NCBI RefSeq assembly: GCF_009914755.1
Contig: NC_060927.1
DNA from: the human T2T-CHM13v2.0 reference genome, Homo sapiens
Reading direction: 5' to 3' (one strand)
DNA length: 64,000 nt
In this document: in pieces, positions 52,138 through 64,000 of the stretch
How the letters are laid out: the number at the start of each line of letters is the position of its first letter
Position numbering within the stretch: the stretch's first letter is position 1
Notes under the pieces: model-generated
What the model saw: the letters and a program-made list of their open reading frames with translations, nothing else
Told to the model about the DNA's origin: nothing
The model's database searches: none
Made by a program: the position numbers and the translations under genes

Positions 52138-52784
52138 CTGTAAGACAGTCTTAAGGCCACTGTGATTTAAACTGATGTTGGTAGTCTGTCACAGTGTGTC
52201 TGCTTTCCCAAAATTTAGTCCTACATCTCCAACTGCTAACCACAGCCTTCTCCACTGGAATTCTACCACATTCCACCTATCTAAAAAATTACTTTAAAAA
52301 AAAGTTACTGGTAGCATTTTGTTGTCATAAAATACAGCAAAATACTAGCACAGAAAATTAATTTAGATGCCACTCCATGCCAGAGCTTATATGTGGTTTG
52401 CATGTGGTACAACATGCATAGAGATAAAATGTATTTGAAAAATTAAGTCATTATGTAGATACAGTTCTGCAACTGTTATGCCTAATTTCTCAGACTCTGC
52501 CTACCTAGATTCGATCAGTGAAACTGTGGTTGACTTCCAAAAATGTTCCCATCTGGTAAGTTACTTTTCTAGCTTAAACCAACCAACCAAACCCAAGCCA
52601 AGCCAAACCAACCTTCTGACCGGAAGTTTAAAAAATCCAATGTAAACAGAATTTAAACCACAATGAAACACCTAATAGTATATATTTTAACAAGTAAAAT
52701 GCACCTAGACCACCTTCATTACTGAAACACTTAGTAATTATTATTTACTGACTTACACATCTTATTAACATGAGAGAAAGTTAA

Positions 52785-53033
<249 letters not shown>

Positions 53034-53777
53034 TAGCCAGGATGGTCTCGATCTCCTGACCTCATGATCCACCCATCTTGGCCTCCCAAAGTACTGGGAT
53101 TACAGGCCTGAGCCACTGCGCCCTGCCCTTAATTTATATTCTTTGCCTCCCTTCTCCTTGGAAATAACCTTATGGAACATGGGGTGATATACAGAAAATG
53201 AGTTGGAATAGGAAGGAGAAGCTCTACCTTACTCTGGCAATTTTATAGCTACAAACAAGGTAAGGAAAATGAATGGAACCTACCATTGAATACTAACCTG
53301 AGGCCCTTTACTCAAGTGTTGATAAGGCAGTAGACATTAGAGGGAAATTGATTTTTATCAGGGAAAATATTAAGGTTAGTTAGAAACAGAATGTGTAAGC
53401 CGGGGAGTGGTGGCTCACGCCTGTAATCTCAGCACTTTGGGAGGGTGAGGTGGGAGGACTACTTGAGCCCAGGAGTTTGAGACCAGCTTAGGCAACATGG
53501 TGAAACCCCATCTTTACTGAAAATACAAAAAAAATTAGGCATGGTGGTGCACGCCTGTAGTCCCAACCACTTGGGAGGCTGAGGTCGGAGGATTGCTTAA
53601 GCTGGGAAGGCAGAGGTTCATATTCCTGTGATCACAAAAGTGAAGGGAATTCAAAATATAGTGGACAGTTTCACCTAGTGAGCAGAGGGCCCTGTCAACT
53701 TAACAACAGGACCATCTTTCCTTTTTTTTTTTTTTTTTTTGAGATGAAGTCTCGCTCTGTTGCCCAGGGTGGAGTGA

Positions 53778-54095
<318 letters not shown>

Positions 54096-55964
54096 TAGAG
54101 GCAAATATAGCATAATAAGCTCTTCCTTGAAAGGTCTGAGAAAAGTTTGGGAAGAATTTGTGTCACACATAATAAATTAGAAAAAAGTTTTTAGTTTAGA
54201 AGAGGCATTTTGGGCCAGTTTACCAGCATGTATCTGGGTTTAACACAAACTTGTTTGTCTCAATGAATTATGTCAAAGCCAGAATAGATAATACAAATTA
54301 GTATCACTGCTTGGAAGGAACACTGGGGGATGCTCACTCTCCCGGTAATCTGCATGGGTAGTCTACTGCGGGGGATGGCTCATTATGCTCTTGTAATATT
54401 CCAAAAGGATGAACCACACAGGAGGGTACAGGAAGCACAAAAGGGACTCAATAGAACAGTATCTTGCTTAATCTTCACAGCTATATAAGGTACACAAGGA
54501 AATAATCTCTGTTACAGAAAAAGGCAAACTAAGGATTAGAAAATCTGAGGACATAAGTAAAAAGAGAGAGAGTTAAAAATTTGAATTAATATTACTTTAG
54601 ATTTTGGCCAGATGCGGTGGCTCACGCCTGTAATTCAAGCACTATGGTAGGCCGAGGCGGGAGGATCACCTGAGCTCAGGAGTTCAAGACGAGCCTGGTC
54701 AACATGGTGAAATCCTGTCTCTAATAAAAGTACAAAAATTAGCTGGGCATGATGGCATGTGCCTGCAGTCCCAGCTACTCAGGAGCCTGAGGCAGAAGGA
54801 TCACATGAATCTGGGAGGCAGAGGTTGCAGTGAGCTGAGAATGCGCCACTGCACTCCAGTGTGGGTGACAGAGCAAGACTCAATCACACACACACACAAA
54901 AATTTTCTTTTGATTCTGAAGACCATGTTCAATCTACTGTGGGCCTCACTTACCTCAAGGCATCACTCACCTTCTAAAGCTGTTGTATGAATTAAATGAG
55001 TTACCAATTCTTTAAAGTACTATTGTGGGCTAGTTTGAAAACGTAACCATACACAGGAAAAAGCATTTCTAGTTCTAACGAACGAATATGCGTATAAGCT
55101 TTCAGAACACAATCTCTTTATTAGGTATACATGTTCAATTTGCTGTGCATATTATTAAGTAGCATATAAAAAGATGCATACTTCAAAAATTATCATGTGG
55201 CTCTTATGTCCCCCTATTTCTTGAGTAGCTAGGTAAATGACTTTATCTCTGATTTCCTGATTTTTATCTTAAAGAAAATGCAACAAAAGAGGGGATGGCT
55301 GTGGTCTAATTAAATCATTATGCATAAAAGGTTTTTTCAAAGTTCACATATAAATCAAGAAAAAAAAATTCTGGATGTACTTAAAAAAAAAAACATTAAG
55401 TTACGTCAGTATTTTGTATCTCAAATCAGCATCAAGAAAACCTTTTGGCCAGGTGCAGTGGCTCATGCCTGTAATCCTAGCACTTTGGAGGGCTAAGGCA
55501 GGAAGATTACTTGAGGCAATCTGGGGACCACAGTAAGATCCCTGTCTCCACAAAAAATTTAAAAATTAGCTGAGTGTGGTGGCATGTGCCCATAGTCTGA
55601 GGTGGGAGGATCCCTTGAGCCCAGTAGTTCAAGGCTGCAGTGAGTTATGACTGGGCCGCTGCACTCCAGCCTGGGTGACAGAGCAAGACCCTGTCACTTA
55701 AATTTAAAAAGGAAAAAGTAAAGAAAAACTTTTTTGACTATTACATGACACGCATGGATTTTTAAAAACTTATGTGGCATGGTGGCAGTGTTTATATGGA
55801 AACATGTTAGAAACGATTGACACATCCTTACTTGTTACAGAAAACAAATTGTTCTCTTGGCAAAAAGACACAACATGCTTATATATGCTCATTTTTAAGA
55901 AGCGATCTATATACAACTGTATTGCTATCAATGGAAATACAAAATCATGTAAATTAACTTGTCA

Positions 55965-56093
<129 letters not shown>

Positions 56094-57219
56094 CTAAAAA
56101 GAAAAAATCAAGTGTGACCAAAGAATATTTAATAAAGAAACTACTAATACTAATTTGAGTTAAGAAATCATTTTCTTCATAATTAAAATGGCTTGGTTTC
56201 CATGATTCTAAAAACCACTTAGAGAACAATATATATATTCACATTCCACTGTCAATAGTGTGGATGCAGTATGTAGAATCAACTTTTTACCATTTACAGT
56301 AGTAAAAGTAAGGATCTCCTAGTCCAATGACATCATTTATAGATGAGGAAACAGAGCATAGCTAGTTAGAAAATTTTCTGAAGTTATATGCTGGATCTAG
56401 GTCACTTTTCCCTACTCCTTGCGGTCTCTTCAACTATCTTTATTTTTATTTTTTAAAGGAAATTAATCATTTTCCCTTGGAATTCCATTAGAAACTCTTG
56501 GACCAGCTGTACTTACTTCACATCTCTGTCATCTTAGTCAAAGTAAAAAATACAAGTTACTCCATCTCTCCACTATTCTACTCTCATTTCCACTGGACTC
56601 ATTTCATTCCTTACTCCACCCCCATTTTCTGTTGGTCATTATTCTCTTGACAATTTTCTTTGGAGCCCATGTTCCCACAGTAAACAAACATAGTTAAGGT
56701 CTTCATCAAACACTTCACACCAAACTCTACCACTTGCCAGTCATTAAGCCTTGGAGAATATTATCCTTTTTTTTTTTTTGAGATGGAGTCTTGCTCTATC
56801 GCCCAAGCTGGAGGGCAGTGGTGTGACCTCAGCTCACTGCAACCTCCACCTCCTGCGTTCAAGTGATTCTCCTGCCTCAGCCTCCCGAGTAGCTGGGATT
56901 ACAGGCCCACGCCACCATGCCTGGCTAACTTTCGTATTTTTGGTAGAGATGGGGTTTCACCACGTTGGCCAGACTGGCCTTCAACTCCTGACCTCAAGAG
57001 ATCTGCCTGCCTCGGCCTGCCAAAGTACTAGGATTACAGGTGTGTGCCACCATGCTGGGCCCTGAGAATATTACTCTAATGAAGCTTTTCAGGGAAGGCA
57101 AGTACAGAAGGTGTTGGCATTGTTCTGGTTTCTGCTACTTACAAGTAACTTCTCCACCCTAATATAAAAGATCTTCCACTTTTGAGGCTCATTACATTCA
57201 GTTAAACAGTCCTGGTAAT

Positions 57220-57443
57220 CAGTGTTAGTCAAACTACAGACTGCAATCCATTCTTGGGTTATTAAACCAATTCAATGCATTGAGAACTAAGATTCAAAAA
57301 ATGATGCACAGTAGAAAGAGTGCATAGCACATAGAAAGGGTAAATACTATTTCATTAACTGTAATCTGTTATATGTGCTTGTACTTGTCAGAGAAAATAT
57401 TTTTCTCATCATAAGTAGTGGCCCAAAAGTATGAAAGTCACCC
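57220..57443. mobile_element. Old hAT-Charlie-like MITE, subfamily uncertain
   Basis: CAGTGTTAGTCAAACT...CCATTCTTGGGTTATTAAACCAATT...AAAAGTATGAAAGTCAC, with degenerate TIR-like ends. Confidence 0.45.
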
Positions 57444-59063
57444 TTCTAGATCTACTATTGGTTATCTACTGTTATCTTGGCACATTCAGCACTTGAGTTG
57501 GATTTCCTCCTCATTCCTAACTCTATAATCACTCTTAACTTCAGTGTGATTTTTTTTTCTCCTTTGGAGACAGGGTCTCACAGTGTTGCGCAGCCTGGAG
57601 TGCACTGGCACAATCACGGCTCACTGCAGCCTTGACTTCCTGGGCTCAAGTGATCCTCCGAACTTAGCCCCTGGAGTAGCTGGGACTATAGGAGTGTGCT
57701 ACCCCGCCTGGCTTTTTTTTTTTTTTTTGTAGAGACGGGGTTACCATGTTACTAGGCTGGTTTCAGTGTGAATTTTAATGACTTATGTAATGCTCTGCCT
57801 CTTCTGACACTAATTCAGTACTTCATTTCGACTGCATTTCAAATGCACACAACATGTCCTGGTGAATTCCATCAAAGCCAGAGTAAATAATACTGATTAG
57901 CATCTTTGCTTGTAAATAATATAGGCAAAGGTTTGAGGGAGATATCTTCAAACTTTCCTAATTCGCATATTCTGAGAAACTATCCTTAGACCATCCATAA
58001 CATTACTCCAACAGTGACAGGAACAAGAGGTGCACAACTCAAGAGTCAAAGATGAACAATGGCAGCAGAAAAAAGAAAAATAAATTGTTTCAAAACTGTT
58101 GCTATTAACCCATGCTAAATTAAAGAGTTATTATTTATACATATATAAATTAAAGAGCTTTATTTTAAGCTAAAATAAAGAGTTTCAGTTTGGGAAGATT
58201 TGAAAAAGTTCTGGAGATAAATGGCAGTGATGACTGCCTAGCAATATAAATGTACTTAATGCCAATGAACTGTATACTTAACAAGGTAAATTTTGTTTTA
58301 TATATTTTACAATAAATCAGCTGAATATGCTTTTGTGCTTGATTATGTGTATTTCTGTAGAATAGGTATATGAAGATTTACAATCGCATATATTTGGCAG
58401 ATTATACCTTCAATAAATACAGACTATCCCCTTTCTATCCCTCTTAATGCTTTTGGTCTTTAATTCTGGTTTATCTTGTACTGATATTGCCCCCTCTGCT
58501 ATCTTTGTGTAATCATTTATTAGTTATTTCCAGCCTTTATCCAGCCTATTATTTATAAACTTCCTATAAGTTATTTTAAGATGTGTTTGTAAATAGCATA
58601 AAGCTATTCTTCATTTACTTCAATCCCAAATGATAATCTGCATTTTAATAAAATATGTTAATTGATTTATATTTACTGGGATTACTCATGCTGAAAATAT
58701 TGCTGGCATTTTATTTTCTGTGCTCTATTTGTGATGTTTTCTTGATTACTTTATCTGTCCTTCATTCAGGGTTTTATTTTCTAGCATTTATCCGTTATCA
58801 AAATCCTTAGCCTATTTTTCACTTCTCTTCATTTAATTTGAACACTATACTCCTACATTTAAAAACTAATTAATAGATATTTGCCTTAAACATCAATGTC
58901 ATAGTTTTTAGGTTTAGCGCTCAGGTTTTTGTTTTTTGTTTTTTAATTTATTTGCTCACCAATGTTTCTTATACTCCTCTTTTCCTTTTATTGTATTGAT
59001 TTTTCACTTCCCTAGAAAACATGTTCAAGTAATAATCTGCATATAGAGTCTATTAGGCAGTAA

Positions 59064-59270
<207 letters not shown>

Positions 59271-59615
59271 TGACTAATTTTTACATTTTTAGTAGAGAGA
59301 GGCTTTCACCATGTTGGCCAGGCTGGTCCTGAACTCCTGACCTCAAGTGATCCACCCGCCTCATCCTCCCAAAGTGTTGGGATTACAGGCATGAGTCACA
59401 GTGCCTGGCCTCCCTTGTTTCTGTTCTCCTACACAGCTCCTACTACACAATATAATAAAATTTCTTAATCTATACTGTACCTTAATTTCTCTTTCATATT
59501 TTTTTTTTTTGAGACAGAGTCTTGCTCTGTCGCCCAGGATACAGTGGCGCAATCTCGGCTCACTGCCACCTCTTGCCTCCTGCGTTCAAGCAATTCTCCT
59601 GCCTCAGCCTCCTGA

Positions 59616-59807
<192 letters not shown>

Positions 59808-60050
59808 TAAAAATATCGATAAGAAGCTGTCAATTTTCCTGTCTTAAATGACTGTCACAATTATCCTCCTCATTCATAAGAAGGGTGACTGGCTGGGCGT
59901 GGTGGCTCACGCCTGTAATCCCAGCACTTTGGGGGGCCAAGGCGGGCAGCAAGAGATCGAGACCATCTGGCCAACATGGTGAAACCGTCTCTACTAAAAA
60001 TACAAAAATTGCTGGGTGTGGTGGCGCGTGCCTGCAGTACCACCTACTCA

Positions 60051-60638
<588 letters not shown>

Positions 60639-60953
60639 CCTCTAGGGAAATCCAGACTTATCACATTCAAGTACGACTTATCCAACTATCTGGCATGCAT
60701 CTAAAATACAAGGTATTTTGTCACCTGAAATCAATGACTGTCACAGGTTGAAACATCTTAAAAAATCACCTTTTGGTACCAAAAGAAAACAAAGTTACTG
60801 ACTTGTTTATGCAGATCTCTTAATCACATTTTACATGCACTGCAAACTGATTCCAATTCAACATTTTATAATTCTACTAAAATGTTACTACTTCTCATTT
60901 CAGTAAAATAAAGAAAAAAATAATCAGTTCAGTTAATCCCAGGTAAATGTCTG

Positions 60954-61310
60954 TGTACTGGTCTGTTCTCATGCTGCTAATAAAGACATATCAGAGACTG
61001 GGAAATTTATAAGGGAAAGAGATTTAATGGACTCACAAAACAGATCCACATGACCGGGGACGCCTCACAATCATGGCAGAAGATGAAGGAAGAGCAAAGG
61101 GACATCTTACATGGTGGCAGGCAAGAGAGCTTGTGCAGGGGAAATCCCATTGATAAAAACATCAGATCTCGTGAGACTTACTACCATGAGAACCATGTAA
61201 GAAAAACTGCCCTTATGATACAGTTATCTCCACCTGGTCCCACCCTTGACACATGGGGATTATTACAATTCAAGATGGGATGTGGGTGGGGACAGGGCCA
61301 AACCATATCA
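60954..61310 (-). mobile_element. THE1 (ERVL-MaLR, THE1C/D-like) solo LTR
   Basis: Minus strand begins TGATATGGTTTGGC and ends ...AGTACA. Length 357 bp, with a perfect 5-bp TSD GTCTG at 60949-60953 and 61311-61315. Confidence 0.93.
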
Positions 61311-61321
61311 GTCTGTAACTA

Positions 61322-61651
<330 letters not shown>

Positions 61652-62900
61652 TTAAATTCAGTATTTCACAAGTCTATTACAAAATTTTACCAATTAAAGT
61701 GTGTGACAGTAAAACAAAGAGAAATTCAGAGTAGAGCACAATTGGAATACCATCATACTATGAGAATATGGCTTCATTAAGCATTCATCCTAGGTGTACA
61801 CTAGTATAAAAAGATAAGAGGAGAGATTTTCACAAAGAATATTTCTTGTGAAACACAGGATACCATAAAAGTCAATATAAACACCATGAATCATTAGAAT
61901 CAACCAGAAACCTTTCAATACTATTTGCAGTTGCTTTTGTAGCTGTGAAAAATGCAATACAGGGCCAGGCGTGGTGGCTCACGCCTGTAATCCCAGCACT
62001 TTGGAAGGCCGAGGCAGGTGGACCACCTGAGGTTAGGAGTTCGAGACCAGCCAGACTAACATGGTGAAACCCTGTCTCTACTAAAAATACAAAAATTAGC
62101 CAAGCATGGTGGTACACACTTGTAGTCTCAGCTACTTGGAGGATAAAGTATGAGAATTGCTTGAATCTGGGAGACAGAGGTTGCAGTGAGCTGAGATCAC
62201 GCCACTGCACTCCAGCCTGAGTGACAGAGCAAGACTCTGTCTCAAAAAAAAAAAAAGAAGGAAAAAAAAGGAATGTAATACAGCTGGCAAATACATTCTA
62301 ATTCTGTTGTAAGACTTTAGAAAATGGTAGCAAACACAGGAATACAGTAAGACCATCTGAAAATTGTGCAGTAATAAACATTACAAATTACTTCTTTAAA
62401 TAAAAGACAAAACGCCTGAAACTAAGTACTCATGCCTTTTAATAAATTGAAAAGCCCTTGAGCTTTCAGAGATAAAAAACATTTTCCTTTAATGAATAAT
62501 CAAAGTCAGTTAGCGAAGATCATCATATTCCCTAAACTTTTTAGTAGTTATCTCATACTTATCAATTTCTGAAACTATTGTTGCTTTTTTTTTTTTTTTT
62601 TTAGAGACAGGGTCTTGCACAGGCTGGAGTACAAATGGAGCGATCATAGCTTACTGCAGCCTGTGCAACTCCTGGGCTCAAGGGATCCTCCCACCTTAGC
62701 CTCCCAAGTAGCCACCATGTCTGGCTACTTTTTATTCCATTCCTCTAAAAAACCTAAGGGAGGTAAGAGTGTAAGTTGAAATGGTTTACTAGACATGTGA
62801 TATTTACGGGGTAGTTAGTGTTTTACTAAAAAAATTCACACTTTGCATTTTATTCTGTAATACATGCACCCTTGCTTGTTAAGAAAATAATGCTTCAAAT

Positions 62901-63054
62901 CATTAGTATGCAAAGTGTGATCCTTGGACCACGAGCATGAGCACTATCTTGGAGACTGTTAGAAATGCAGAATCTCAGGCCCCATTCTAGAGCTATTGAA
63001 TAAGAACTGGCATTTTAACAAGATCCTCAGGTAATTTGCATACACATTTAAAAT
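62901..63054. mobile_element. MER5-family hAT MITE
   Basis: CAAAGTGTGATCCTTGGACC...GTTAGAAATGCAGAATCTCAGGCCCC...GCATTTTAACAAGATCCTCAGGTAATTTG. Confidence 0.8.
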
Positions 63055-63613
63055 ACTATTAAACACATTCTTTACTCAAATTCAACTCTCTAGCTAGTTT
63101 TGTTTCTGACTTTATTTCTCTAGTCATTGGTAACTCTCTTAAAAAATGGCAGCAACTCCTTCACCACTTTCTGCTGTTTTGCCCTAACACCCTTCACTCC
63201 ACTGACTGAGTTCTTCTCCAATTTTAATTTTCATATAGGCTACCTGTTTGTGTCTCTCTTCCTTATTCCTACTAAGTTCCCCTCTTACTCTCAAACTTGA
63301 GCATTCATAGAATCGTTTCTTCACTGACATTCTAGCACAAATCAAAAACACTTTTTAACAAATAAAATTGAGAGTCCTAGGTTTCTAGATGTTCTTTACT
63401 TCTTTTGCAACTCTATTTTGTTTGCTTATTTATTTTAATTTTTTTTGAGACAGAATCTGGCTCTGTCGCGAAGTGTGGAGTGCAGTGGTACAATCTCGGC
63501 TCACTGCATGCAACCTCTGCCTCCTGGGTTCAAGCAATTCTTGTGTCTCAGACTCTTTATTAGCTGTGATTAGGTGTGCGCCACCACGCTCAGCTAATTT
63601 TTTTCTATTTTTA

Positions 63614-63739
<126 letters not shown>

Positions 63740-64000
63740 CTATTTTCAAGCATTTCTAAACGAAGAAGTTAAGTTATTCAGGAGTTCTTCAGGTTTAATT
63801 TACTGTTTCTCCAATGACACGGCAGTAGTAGGAAATACAGATTACAATATATTAAAAAAAAAAAAACCCACACCATTTTGGTGGAAAAACCGAAGTTTAC
63901 TTGAGAAAACAGATCCTGACATATAAGTGTTAATTACAAAATTGTTTAAGCAATAACTGAATATAGCACATGGAAATATTGCTATGAGGCTCGTACAACT

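Overview
Primate (most likely human) intron-rich genomic DNA from inside STAG1, the cohesin subunit SA-1 gene, which is transcribed on the minus strand. I located eight coding exons (118, 104, 93, 90, 204, 71, 88 and 81 nt). All have GT-AG boundaries and splice into one open frame of 849 nt / 283 codons ([10 protein letters not shown]...ITDGSPSK). The rest is intron, with roughly 80-90 Alu copies or fragments, a near full-length Tigger2, an internally deleted Tigger1, a THE1 solo LTR, MER30, MADE1, MER94, MER5, a Charlie1-type element, old L1/L2/MIR fragments, microsatellites and a U6 snRNA retropseudogene. Almost all entries in the ORF track are Alu or other repeat translations. I found no supportable evidence for a new biological system. 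The best second-look items are: an Alu carrying an inverted patch whose rare variant is shared with two neighbouring Alus; a possible U6/L1 chimera nested in Tigger2; inverted Alu pairs around in-frame exon blocks; a sense-oriented THE1 LTR; and an unexplained 233-codon antisense stop-free frame. Repeat family names come from recalled consensus sequences, not from a database search, and repeat boundaries are approximate unless a target-site duplication (TSD) is given.
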